From Eledone cirrhosa (Eukaryota), in assembly GCA_964016885.1 (NCBI GenBank), contig OZ024753.1, positions 27,962,001 to 28,026,000 on the forward strand: a stretch of DNA of 64,000 nucleotides, written 5' to 3'. Both the position numbers and the translations under genes were made by a program. Numbering within the stretch: the stretch's first letter is position 1; each line of letters opens with the position of its first letter. Below are positions 1 through 12,737 of this stretch, piece by piece. The notes beneath the pieces are model-generated. The model searched no databases. It saw only the letters and a program-made list of their open reading frames with translations, and was not told the DNA's origin.

Positions 1-1028
1 TGGTGTTAAAATTTAATTTCAGTTTTCAGTGTTTTTCCTTTAAATTTTCAATTCACTTTCCACTACCACTACCATTGCTCTCATCTTAATTATTCGCTTT
101 ATGAACAAAGACAGAATCAAAAGTAAAAAATAAACATTTCATTTCCATAAATATGAAATCTTAAAATAAACAATTTTTGTTGCTGTTGAGTTTTTTAAAA
201 CATAAAAATCAAAAATTAACATGTACTCACACATATTCAAAAGTTATGTCTTCATTTAAAATTTCTCCTTGATTTCAACTTATTTCTCATTAATTTCATC
301 TCAATGTTTCAACATTACATTCTTTAAACATTTTTTCTATTTATCTAATTACTTCATTAGTTTGCTTTGGTTTTGTTTTTATTTTTCTTTGTTTCATCCT
401 ATATTAATAATGGTGCTTTGAACTGAAAGAATATATATATATGCAATACATATTGGAAATTGGAAAGATCAATATATCCCAGTGATTGTTAGTTTCAGCT
501 CACAATTTTTCAAACTGAGTGAATATTTTGTGAGATTCAAGATATATTTATAAGAAATAGAGTCTTCTATTGAGAATGTAGTGTGTGGGGATTGTAATAG
601 AGGGAGCTAGTGATTGGCTGCAGTTGAGAAGTTAAAAGGGTACATAGGGTGGTCTACAGTGACAAGTTTAATTCTTGTTATGAGGAAGAAATACCATAGA
701 CTAGCATGTTATCCAGGACGAGATTTATCTCTCATTTGCTCAACCAGAGATAAACTCCCCATCTCATGGGTGCTCATGTTTGATAAAAGGATTTAGATAT
801 TTTTATTTTGTTTTGTTTTAAACTCTGACCTCATAAACCCAGTCCTAAATGTGATAAGACTTAAACATATGGTTTAACCCTTAAGGTATTATGTTGTTAT
901 AATGAATTAAAAATTATAGGGGAAACTTGAAGATGCAATCAACCCCTTCAACCCCTTCTTTATTATAAATTTTATTCTACAAACAGTATTGAGTCCTTTT
1001 ATTGCTTAAAAACACTAATATATATTAC

Positions 1029-1073
<45 letters not shown>

Positions 1074-1260
1074 TATATAGTTTATTGGTGTGTAACGTTT
1101 AATTACAATTGGTTCACCAGATTGAGCACTCAGTGCCATTATGGGTCGGTCTGGTTGCTGATGGGGTATTCTATATTTGGTATTACACCATGGTCAGTAT
1201 CCTTAAGGAACAGAGTGTTAGTAAAATTAATGAATACCAGGAATGAAGTATCAATATACC

Positions 1261-1478
1261 GGTGGATTGGCAGTATCGATAGAGCATCGGACAACATGCT
1301 TTGCAGCATAGAGTTATGGCCCTTAACAAGCTGAGTTCAAATACCGCCAAGGTTAGCATTGGCTTTCATCCTTACAGGGTTGATAAGATAAAATACCAGT
1401 AATGCATTGGGGTTGATTTAATCGACTTCCCCCTCCCCAAAAAATTGTTGGCCTTGTGCCTTAATCAGAAACCATTAT
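1261..1478 (+). mobile_element. tRNA-derived SINE family 1 (>15 copies in window)
   Basis: TGGCAGTATCG(G)TAGAG ... GAGTTCAAATCC ... TTTCATCCTTACGGGGTCGATAAAATAAAGTACCAGT ... GGCCTTGTGCC, ending in (ATT)n; other copies near 6387, 12960, 17207, 17780, 21945, 23830, 32395, 33192. Confidence 0.85.
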
Positions 1479-1949
1479 ATTTATTCACATGTGAAATGGA
1501 TTTTGTGATCGATCAGCTCAAGGTGCAATCAGTATTGATCATGCCCAACACTGGAATCAATAGCTCAACAGGCTAGAGAAACCACAAGTCTGATGAGCTA
1601 TCGATTCCAAAGTTGGGTGTTATCAGTACCGTTCATACCGTGAGCTGATGTATCATGAAACACGTGTCATGTGTAAATAAACATAATGTTATATTGATAC
1701 TCTGTTCCTGCTCCTTATTATTATTATTATTATTATTATTATATGTGGGTGTGTATATGCATGTATATATAGTATATATACCTAGACTAGAAATAGGTAG
1801 TAGCTTAACCACTACCATGCTAGTTGATACATCGATCTTCCATGATCAATCGCCCCTCTGAAATGATCGTAAAACAATGAACTAGCTTACTACCTACGTC
1901 AGACTTCTGTCTTTTTTTCATTGTTCTATGCACAAACACATGTATATAG

Positions 1950-2044
<95 letters not shown>

Positions 2045-2177
2045 GTATATATATATATATAAATGTATATATTGTTATACTTTGGGAGGGTCATGTTGCC
2101 AATTCAGAAACGAAATATATGTATATATATATATTTATATATATATATGTATATATATATGTATATATATGTATATA

Positions 2178-2243
<66 letters not shown>

Positions 2244-2250
2244 TATATAC

Positions 2251-2281
<31 letters not shown>

Positions 2282-2356
2282 AATATATATATATACATAT
2301 ATTTCGTTTCTGAATTGGCAACATGATATATGTTATATATATATATATATATAATA

Positions 2357-2457
<101 letters not shown>

Positions 2458-3040
2458 GTGTGTGTGTATTTAAATCTTATTTCATCCTTTGAAAGAAAAA
2501 TGAATATGTGTGTATATGTGTATATATATATATATGAATATATGTGTGTGTATGTATGTAGGTTTACATAATATTTTTTCCCCAAAAGACTAAATTATTT
2601 AAATCCATAAGGAATGAATTTAGGTAGCACCAAGACTTGTGAGTAATTGGCCAGTATCCATTGTAGTTTTTTACAAACTTTTTTGAAAACATACCTATGT
2701 TTTATTGATTTTTTGTTTTTTTATATATACTTCTATCTCACTCTTTTTTTTTTCTAGTAAACATAAATAATATATAAATAATGAACCACAAACAATTACA
2801 TAAAACGGATGTTTTTAACTAATTTGTTGGTGTTTTCTTATCACACACCAATTTATATTCTGCATTTCGTTTATAAAGTTCTTGGAAAAACAAAAACAAC
2901 AAACCATTAATAATAATAATGATATATCATGGACTTATCATTTATTTTTTACTCTTCTTGTCATTAGATCTCAGGATATTCAGAGACTAAGCATTAAACC
3001 GTCCATAACAACAAACAACTCTCTCTATACTTAACACTTA

Positions 3041-3070
<30 letters not shown>

Positions 3071-3071
<1 letters not shown>

Positions 3072-3492
3072 CAATATATTAATAAATGGAAACTATATTT
3101 ATAAAACCATATTTATTTTATTATATATATTTCAAGGGCAACCAAGGCAAATTATGGTGCACTTTCATCACATAAAATACAGATTTGTTTTATAAATAAA
3201 TATTAACATACGCGGAAAAAAAAAGTTTTTTTTTTGTTTTTTTTTTTGTTTTTTCCGGGTATGTCAATATTTATTTATAAAACAAATCTGTATTTTATCT
3301 GATGAAAGCGCACCATAATTTGCCTTGGTTGCTCTTGAAATATATATAATAAAATAAATATGGTTTTATAAATATAGTTTCCATTTATTAATATATTGTG
3401 TATTTACTCCACTAAACTGTTGAGTGCTTTATATCAGTTATAAAAAATGTTTAAGCTTGTTGAATCCCAACAAATTAAATATAACCTCTGCA
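3071..3492 (+). mobile_element. Fold-back hammerhead element (Penelope-like pLTR derivative)
   Basis: ~150-bp inverted arms (3071-~3220 / ~3250-3399) plus a unique tail; flanked by (TA)n; hammerhead in the right arm. Confidence 0.75.
3291..3356 (+). ncRNA. Type I hammerhead ribozyme
   Basis: TATTTTAT-CTGATGA-AAGCGCACCA...TGGTTGCTCTT-GAAA-TATATAT-A-ATAAAATA; 8-bp stem I. Confidence 0.8.
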
Positions 3493-3508
3493 TATATATA
3501 TATATATA

Positions 3509-4828
3509 CTAGCATTAAAGCCCGGCGTTGCTCGGGGTCATTAAGTTACCAAAGTTAGGTTGCACCACCCATTTTATGGCAGCACTTTTTTGTCTGCCAG
3601 GCACTGGGTGAATGAATTGCAAACCTGCGCCAGCAGTGACAATTGTAGTTTCGCCTATAGATATTATCTCTGTGCAAAAAGTGTTGAAATTTATTGTTTC
3701 ACAGTACTTGCACAACACGCGCGTAGACGATGCCAGCCGAACAACAGAGCTGCGATGGAGTTGTTCTGCATGGTTGTCTGTGTGTTTTCTAAATTTAAGA
3801 CAGTAGGGAGGGTTGTGATATGAGGGAGAGTTAGCTGTTGTTTCTAGCAGGTTTAGTGACCTCATAGAGGATATGTGTTTTCTAAATTTAAGACAGTAGG
3901 GAGTGGTGTGATATGGAGGAGAGTTAGTTGCTGTTTCTAGCAGGTTTAGTGACCTCATAGAAGATATGTTTTCTAAATTTAAGACAGTAGGGATGGGTGT
4001 GATATGGGGGAGAGTTAGCTTCTGTTTCTAGCAGGTTTAGTAACCTCATAGAGGATATGTGTTTTCTAAATTTAAGACAGTAGGGAGTGGTGTGATATGG
4101 AGGAGAGTTAGCTGCTGTTTCTAGCAGGTTTAGTGACCTCATAGAAGATATCTTTTCTAAATTTAAGACAGTAGGGAGGGGTGTGCTATGGGGGAGAGTT
4201 AGCTGCTGTTTCTAGCAGGTTTAGTGACTTCATAGAGGATATTATTGTTTATCATTATCTATAAAAGGCAGATTGTTGTTGTTGTTGTTGAAGTGAGTGT
4301 GTGTTTGTATGCGTTTGGAAAAGAGGTTTTAAAAAAGATTTATCGCTTGTTGTTGAATAAATGTATCTGTTGCTTTTGAATAATTGTCGTTTCGTATGAA
4401 ATGTAATAATTTGAAGTATAAAAGAGAAAGTAGCAAAATGTGTGGGTTGTAGATAGAGGTAAGCAGATGATATGACAGAGTAATACGGACAGTATCATCA
4501 TCAAGCTTGGAAAGAGAAAGTAGCAGAATGTATGAAGTTGTATAGATTTTGAATGGTAGTGGGAAGAGTTTAGCAGTTTAAATGACAGAGAAAAATCGTA
4601 AAATATTGAGTTTTATCTATTTTTTGCGTAATTGTGGGTGAAATTGAAAAAATGAGATGTGCCAAGACGCAATCGAAACTATTTCGAATACTGAATTGTA
4701 AATTTCAATTGAAGAAATTCTATATCGTAGATTTCTATAAGAAAGGAGCATGGCCACACACTGTATGTAATCATAGAGCCCTCTGTATGTAATCATAGAG
4801 GTAAATATACTATATAGTATAAAATAGA
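3509..4828 (-). mobile_element. Non-autonomous Helitron
   Basis: Minus strand ends CCCGAGCAACGCCGGG-N8-CTAG (3' hairpin plus CTAG) followed by T; candidate 5' TC start (A|TCTATTTTATACTATATA) at 4828; no TSD. Confidence 0.7.
3781..4241. repeat. Tandem array of five ~91-93 bp units inside the Helitron
   Basis: Unit TGTGTTTTCTAAATTTAAGACAGTAGGGA...GACCTCATAGA(G/A)GATA at ~3781, 3874, 3965, 4058, 4149. Confidence 0.95.
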
Positions 4829-5040
4829 TGGCAAACCAGCATACACCTTCTAAGGTATTCACAGTTTCCTGAGTTCCTCCGAGAAGGTATCTGTGTGTTT
4901 GCCATGTATTTCATACAATATAGTATGTATGTGTATATATATATATACTGTAGTATAAACTTTGGTATAAATATCCAAGGGTTTAGAGCACTCAGTCAAT
5001 AGGACGAGTTAAGTATAATTAGTTACAACAGTGACATGCA

Positions 5041-5087
5041 CAGGTACTTAGGTTTCGTTGGGTTGGTTATCCCAACTCATTCAGCTG
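5041..5087 (-). ncRNA. Degenerate type I hammerhead ribozyme
   Basis: Reverse complement: CAG-CTGAATGA-GTTGGG...CCCAAC-GAAA-CCTAAGT-A-CCTG; perfect 6-bp stem II; 1-nt insertion in the core. Confidence 0.5.
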
Positions 5088-5375
5088 GTCATTTTTTCTT
5101 TTTATGTCAAGGAAATGACAAAACAGAGGTACAAAAAGTCTTATTAGTTTCAAGCCTTATATGGAAAAGGGGAAAGGAACTTCGACATATCAGGCTTTAA
5201 CCCTTCTTCAGGAGTACAAAAATAGAGACAGAATATACAATGATATATATATATATGCGAGTGAGTGTGTGTATTTCTGTATGTGTGTGTATTTCTGTAT
5301 GTGTGTCTGTGTATATAGATAAATAGTCCAACCTATGCCAGCATGGAAAACAGATGTAAAATGATGATGATGATG

Positions 5376-5436
<61 letters not shown>

Positions 5437-5656
5437 CATAATTATAGCTGCAGTAGGGAGAGAGAAAACATAGCAATAGTAAAGAGAAAGAACACTTTCT
5501 CATTAACAAGTGCTTCCTTTTTCTAGATGTGTTGAGTTCTAGAAACCTTGAGGAGAATGTGTGGTTGGAAGATATATCTATTGATGTATTTGACAGCTGT
5601 ACTCTCTCAATTGAAATTCACTTCAACCACCATGTATGCATGTATACTCATGTGTG

Positions 5657-5714
<58 letters not shown>

Positions 5715-6060
5715 GTAAGTAATTGTCAAATATGAAAACAGGTAGGTGAAGAAATTTTAACAGCTCAAAAATATGAGATTTATTTCAATAAACTGTACAT
5801 AAGACTACATTCAATTTTTTAAAAAGCATGAAAGTTTATATATATACACGTAGAGCAAAAAAGTACATTGAAAATAAGACCAAATACTGTTAATTAAAAT
5901 AGGATAAAATTACCAGCATTTGGTCTTATTTTCAATATATATATATATATATATATATGCTACTAGTGCCTTGAGAAAATCAACACCAAATTTCAGCACG
6001 GAGCATATAAAAAAATCGAAATAACATCGTTATTTTTTTCTGTTTTTTCTGTTCAAATTC

Positions 6061-6127
6061 TAGCTGTCTGATGAGGTCATAGCTGTTGCATAATGCACCG
6101 AAATATATATATATATAACACCAACTA
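6061..6127 (+). ncRNA. Type I hammerhead ribozyme candidate
   Basis: TGT-CTGATGA-GGTCAT...ATGCACC-GAAA-(TA)6T-A-ACA; short stem I. Confidence 0.55.
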
Positions 6128-6170
6128 TGAATAAACAAAGTTAATTTTAACCTGTTGACTTACACTTCTT

Positions 6171-6207
<37 letters not shown>

Positions 6208-7168
6208 CACACACTATCCTCTTCAGGGCTTCATTTTCATAAGTTCACAAAACAAAAAGAAACTTACCATATATTGAAATAACTTTCCCATGCAACAAAC
6301 ACACAATTTTTGTTACTGCAACTCTAAATATAACTATAATTGTTGTTAATATTACTACAATTGTTATTATCATTATTATTATTATTGGCAAAATCAGTTG
6401 AGCGTCAGATGCCATGCCTTGCAGCATGGTTATGTCCCTTTTACGCTCTGAGTTCAAATCTCGGTGAGCTTTGCTTTCCTTTCATCCTTTTAGAGTCGAT
6501 AAAATAAAGTCCCATTAATGTACTGGGGTTGATTTAATTGACTTTCCCCTCACCCCAAAATTGCTGGCCTTGTGCCTAAATCAGAAACCATTATTATTAT
6601 TATTATTGTTGTTATTATTATTTTGTTATTGTTGTTTTTGTTGTTATGATTATTATTATTATTTTTATTATGATATGTATGTATGTATGCATGTATGTAT
6701 GTATGTGTGTGTATGTGTATGTGTATATGTGTATGTATGTTTACTAAAATCTAAACCTTCACTCCATAGTTATACACAGTTTCTTACTAGACCGATCATT
6801 AACTACTCAGATAAATTCCGAAGAGCAACTTGTTAAGAAACTCTGTATAATGCGACAAGTGAAATTTCAGCTTTTCTCTGGATAAACCAGATAGTAAAAG
6901 CATTGTAATATGTATTTAGTAATCTTTCTACTGTTTCTATATATAAAATGTTATATAAGTGTTCGTATGCATATACATATATGTACACACACACACATCA
7001 CACAAATACACATACATACATATATATATGTATATATGTATATATATATTCACATACATATATACATATATTTATGTATATATATATATATATATGTATT
7101 TATATATGTGTGTATATGCATATATGTATGTATATATATACATATATATATATGTATGTGTATATGTA

Positions 7169-7219
<51 letters not shown>

Positions 7220-7265
7220 GTAGATATATATGTATGTGTGTGTGTATATATATATATATATGTAG

Positions 7266-7330
<65 letters not shown>

Positions 7331-7957
7331 ATTTATGTGTATATGCTATGTACTTTACAATTATTCTACAGCCTTCAGTATCTGAAAAAAAAACACACAT
7401 CCAGCTAAAAAAAAAAAAATAAATAAACCCCAAAAGGTTCAGTAAATTACTCAGTTAAGTCCATTTACAAATTTACAAAATATACAAAATCAAAACCAAC
7501 CACGCGTTTCTACAAAGAGGACGATATTTGCATTCGTTTTTACTCCTCAGTGTGGCTCAGATTGACGCTAATTTCAAACGCAGATGAAATGATTTAAAAT
7601 CAAATCGTTATCAAGTCTAATTGTTACTTATTATCTCCACCGGAAAATTTCTCTTTTATTATTTTTTTTTTATGAAATTTTTTTTTATTGAAAATTTTTT
7701 TCCTCAACTTCTTTCATAATGTATTGACTATACTACATTGAAATCCTGTTTATTTCTTATCAATATTTTTTATTTGAAATAAAATAAATTTATAAAATGA
7801 AAATCTTGTTTATATTCTTTTATAGAATGTGAAATATAATATATGAATGAGACAGCATTCCTATTTATCTAGCAAGACATTTACTTCCTATAAGAAATAA
7901 TTCAGACTGTAACAATCTGTCCAACTCATGCCACCATGGAAGCCAGAGTAAAACAAT

Positions 7958-8317
7958 AATTGTTTCTACTTTAGGCACAAGGCCAGCAATTACCCAGTAC
8001 ATTACTGGTACTTTATTTTATCGACCCCGTAAGGATGAAAGGCAAAGTCAACCTCGGCAGGATTTGAACTAAGATCGTAAAGGGACGTAACTATGCTGGA
8101 AAGCATGGCGTCCGACCCTCTACCGATACTGCCAATAATAATTGTTTCTACTTTAGGCACAAGGCCAGCAATTACCCAGTACATTACTAGTACTTTATTT
8201 TATCGACCCCGTAAGGATGAAAGGCAAAGTTAACCTCGGCGGGATTTGAACTCAGATCGTAAAGGGACATAACTATGCTAGAAAGCATGGCGTCTAACCC
8301 TCTACCGATACTGCCAA
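7958..8317 (-). mobile_element. Head-to-tail pair of family-1 SINEs
   Basis: Two near-identical ~180-bp units separated by AAT repeats. Confidence 0.85.
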
Positions 8318-8343
8318 TAATAATGGTGATCATAATGGATATA

Positions 8344-8723
8344 CAGTGAATCTTCGCTTATCCGGACGGTCAAAACCAAACAGTTAGAAAATGATCCGGT
8401 TAAGTGAAATATCCAGATAAGTGAATTCTAAAATCCCATTGTTACATAATGCTCGTGGTTTCTAATGTTTTGGCTTCTTTTCGTCAAAATAAAAGACAAA
8501 GGCTAAGTAAAGAAAGTTTATTAGAATAACAAAAGAACAGCTAGAATTTATAAGAAAATTAATTAAACAAACATAAGAATAACTAAAAACTTGGTAAAAC
8601 TGAATTGAATCAAACCATAAAAAGTTAGTACTTTTTTAAAAATGAATAAATAGTAGTATAGAAATAGCCGTCCGGTAAATCGAATTTCGGAAAAGCGATA
8701 TCCGGATAAGCGAAGATGCACTG
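8344..8723. mobile_element. pogo/Tigger-like MITE
   Basis: TIRs CAGTGAATCTTCGCTTATCCGGA / TCCGGATAAGCGAAGATGCACTG, TA on both sides, subterminal ATCCGG repeats, no ORF. Confidence 0.85.
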
Positions 8724-10266
8724 TATATAAATCTATATGTGTTTCGATGGTTTCTATATATTTATCTAGTTGTCTGTCTTTCTACTTACTTATCTATAAG
8801 ATTATATATATATATATATATATAAAATTATAAATGCGAGGAAAGAATAAACAAAGATATTCTTATTTTATCATCAAAGTCCCGACTGCAGTTTCACCAA
8901 TTGGTTTGCATCAATCATGCAATGGGATTCAGAACAAAGACATATATGGACCTATATTAATGCATATATGTTTAATAAGCTTACATTTAGTCTCACCATG
9001 AGTATTTTACAATGTAGTCATATCATAACTATCTCAGTCTCAGGCTAGGAAAGGAATATACATGTATTTCAGAATACATACACTGAAGTGGTCCTAGTGT
9101 TTGGCAGTATACTTCTAAAAAATACAACAAAATATATTAGTGATGCCTATAGTAGGCTGCCTACCTTAATCCCACTCCACTAGGAATATGGATTATTTGT
9201 TAGGTGGAACAGGGGAGGTAGAAAAATTATTTATGTAAAGGTCTTAGAGGTTTTTTTTTGGGGGGGGGGGGGGGATTAAGATGGTAGGCCATGATTTGAG
9301 GGAGATTTTACTGATATTTTTAGCAAGTCAATCAACCACGTAGAGATCTTCCACTTTGATTCATCAGTGTTTTCATTGTATGGTGAATGAAGAAACAGCC
9401 ATTTTCCCACTGATTAACAATTGTTGTTTAAAACAACATCTAAACACTAACCTAGGTTTTAATGGAAATAGGATAAACAAAAAAATATAGAGTGTATATA
9501 ATAAAATCTTGATTTTATTAAAGATATGCATTAGGGGATTTTATTCTTATAAATCAATTTTGAAACTTCAATCAATAAATTTGCTTAAATATTTATCTGG
9601 GTCAAACATTTATCTGGATCCAAAATAATAGAGATATTTCCAGTAAGCTACCTAAATAGCATTTTGGATTTATTGAAAAAGCTTTCAATCTTGTTGTTCA
9701 AAGATTTGTAGAAGGTTTATCCTAGAATTATCTGAAAGGATTTTGTGCAAAAAGCCATGTAAGTGAACAAAGGAACGAAACACTATTGAATTACGAAGTT
9801 CATAGAAGCAGGAACTTTATTCTTAGAAACCAGTGAGTAAAAAAAATCAATTGACCTTCTGACACTGATATGGATTCTCCTGTAGAAAGTTTTCAAGCAT
9901 TGCATACATGCATGATTATTATTGGTTTCTAATCAATCTATTCTATTGATGTTAGCGAGACAGATCTTTGGATAGTTCCGGCTGACTAGCAAAATTAATC
10001 ATTTCTTTTTAACTGCTGCTGGATTTCATACTCTATCACATGACAGTTTGTTGGTTCAGACGATTGATACCTCTCACTTGCAATGTCATCTTCTCCATAT
10101 TCTAGCAGCATGTTTGAGATTATCTTCAGTTCAAAGAAGGCACTGTGTAGAATGTTTGGGAAATTAACACTTATCATTGCCAACAATGGGAAACAAACGA
10201 ATCCAAATACCCAGTATTTAGTTATGTTACTGTGCTAATAAAGCTAGTAAAGCATTTTCTATTTGT

Positions 10267-10650
10267 GATAAAATGCACCCTGTGCACTCTATAAAGTGGT
10301 AGCATTGGTGCTAAGATAAAATGCACTCAGTACACTCCATAAAGGAGTTGTGCTGGTAATGATAAATTGCATCCAGTACACTCTGTAAAGTGGTGGTGTT
10401 GATACCATGATAAAATGCACCCACTATGTCCTGTAAACTTGTAATGCTGGTGTTATGATAAACTGCACCTAATACACCCTATAAAGTGGTTGGCATTAGA
10501 TAGGGCATCCAGCTATAGAACCCATGCCAAAAACAGGATTTTATGTGGCTCCCCAGCCTATCTAGTTTCAGATCATGATAACCCCACCTACCAATGCCAG
10601 TATGGAAAACAGATGCATGGGGATGATGATGATGATGATGATGATGATGA
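10267..10650 (+). repeat. Five ~48-bp tandem units running into a SINE/RTE-type tail
   Basis: GATAAAATGCACCCAGTACACTCTGTAAAGTGG-like units at 10267, 10315, 10361, 10409, 10457, then GGGCATCCAGCT and (GAT)n. Confidence 0.8.
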
Positions 10651-10897
10651 AGAGACACAAAACCTACAAAATCCTTTCAGGTGGAGGGAACAGTCAATTA
10701 CAGTAAATCTAATGCTCATCAAACAGAGCTGCCTCTCTTCTCTCTGAATAGGGCCTCTTCTTTTCTCTCTCTCTCTTCCTGCTTATGTGGTAGAAGTGAT
10801 AACACAACAGTTAGTTCACAATACCGAGAACAATTGTTTCACCTTAGCAGATCCTCAGCTCGTAGCTGAGGTTACCACTTCTATATATATATATATA

Positions 10898-11789
10898 CAG
10901 GGTGTGGACGATATTTGTTCACAATTTTCAACTGCTAATTTTATGCAAATTCTTTTTACTTCTGTTGTCACTCTTACCTTCATAAAAACAGTGACTATAT
11001 TTCCATTATTTATTTTCAGAATAATTGATTATGAATAATTTTGAACCTACAAATTTGTGAAAGAGACACAGAGTTCTTCTTGAAATCCGTGCCGGGAGGA
11101 CAAATAAGGCCAGAAGATCAACTCCCAGAACAACAGGTGACTCGCTGTCTCATCCAAAGACGTGCCCAGAGTCATGCAGACAAAGTTTCCAGCAACAACA
11201 TTGGTCTTAGGTGTCATCAGCAGTCAAGGTGACGTCATGCCACCTCACTTCTTCCCTGAGGGCCTCAAGCTGAACACCGATGGCTACAGCCGCGTTCTGA
11301 GCAAGGTAGTAAAGCCCTGGATCGACCAGGTAGCTGCAGGTAGGCCGTACGTGTGGCAGCAAGACTCAGCACCCTGCCATACCAGCCGAAAGACCCAAGC
11401 CTGGCTGTCAGAGAACTTCGTCGACCACACTTCACCTGACATCTGGCCTCCCAGCTCGCCTGACTGCAACCCCCTCGACTTCTTTGTGTGGGGCGCAGTG
11501 GAATGAGACACCAACTGATCTAGCTGCAATACGAAAGACGATCTGAAGGCCAGGATCACAAGTGTCTTTAGGGGCCTAAGTCAGGGGACAGTGACGAAGG
11601 CCTGTAGCAGGTTCCGAGGCTGCCATGAGGCCGTCATCAAAGCCAATGGTGGGTTTATCGAGTGAGATCGAAATAACAAGTCATGAAGACAAACTGACCC
11701 AAGTTTGATAAATAAATCTTAAAAAATAAAACGACTGTGTTATTTTTTCCTAGACAGTAATCTTGCGAACAAATATCGTCCGCACCCTG
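10898..11789 (+). mobile_element. Internally deleted Tc1/mariner DD37D (maT) transposon with transposase pseudogene
   Basis: 27-bp TIRs CAGGGTG(T/C)GGACGATATTTGTTC(A/G)CAA, TA flanks; peptide QQDSAPCH...WPPSSPDCNPLD has 37 residues between the last two catalytic Asp; stop codons present. Confidence 0.92.
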
Positions 11790-12498
11790 TATATATATAT
11801 ATACACACACACATGTAAGCTTAGTTAGTATGTTCACTTCGCAATCACAAGGCCCTGTGTGGCATCCATCTTGGACAAAGGTCTTTATCATTGCTTTTAC
11901 CTCTGCTATAAATTATCTGTTCACCAGTAAAGATACTATAAACATTTAAATGAACAAACACATTTACAGACATGTTCTGCCAAATCATTACAAGATGTTA
12001 TGAGTTAAGATAAGACAAGATAGTTTCAGTGAATTGTTTGTCAGTTTTAACTAAATAGAAGAATAAAATCAGAGAAGCTTTCATCTATCAAGATGATCCA
12101 TCTGCTTTCCACCTTGTGGATTAATATGGCAAAGCTATTTTGATTTTTTTTCTTTGAATTTCACTCATGTTTCTCTAGCCTATTTTCTCCTTTGCCAAAA
12201 TTTAGATGACTTAATCACTTAATCGAATATGTAAATCTGTAAATCCTTAGTGTTTTAGTTGTTTTGTTTTTTTTGGTGGAGAAAGGTGGGGGGGGGGGTT
12301 AGCTTTTACTGATGTTTGTAATTTTCTTCTTGTTCTTAAAGAAGCTCCTGAAGATAATCTTGCACATACTGCCAACAAACTATAATAATCCACAAGGCTA
12401 TTGCTCGCACGTGGCATTCATTTTATCCTTTCTTCTGATTCTCTATATTCTGTTGTAAACACCACAAATGATTTATCATCCCCACTGCCATACTGTCA

Positions 12499-12737
12499 AC
12501 ATCATCACCACCATGACCACCATCACTATCATCACTATCATAACTATCACCACCATAATCATTACTATTACTACAACTACCACCACCATAGCCACCATCA
12601 TCATCATTACAACCACCACCACCACTACCACCCCATCATCATTACAACCACCACCACCACTACCACCCCATCATCATTACAACCACCACCATCCCTATCA
12701 TCATTACAACCACCACCACCATCATCATCATCATCAA
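12499..12737. repeat. Compound (CAC/CAT/TAC)n trinucleotide repeat
   Basis: Direct reading; similar tracts at 29000-29545 (opposite strand) and 37890-38120. Confidence 0.9.

Noticed and set aside
225-345. Minus-strand GTGAGTA donor suggesting an exon of a second gene
   Set aside because: All frames upstream of the donor hit stops and no good acceptor was found
7495-7556. Minus-strand CTGAGGA...GAAACGCGTG hammerhead-like motif; similar traces at ~8880-8930, 25810-25860 and 30620-30660
   Set aside because: Cleavage triplet or core mutated and stems weak; plausibly decayed pLTRs but not supportable individually
9995-10186. 63-aa minus-strand ORF with protein-like composition
   Set aside because: No recognisable family and no convincing splice-compatible neighbours; possibly decayed repeat
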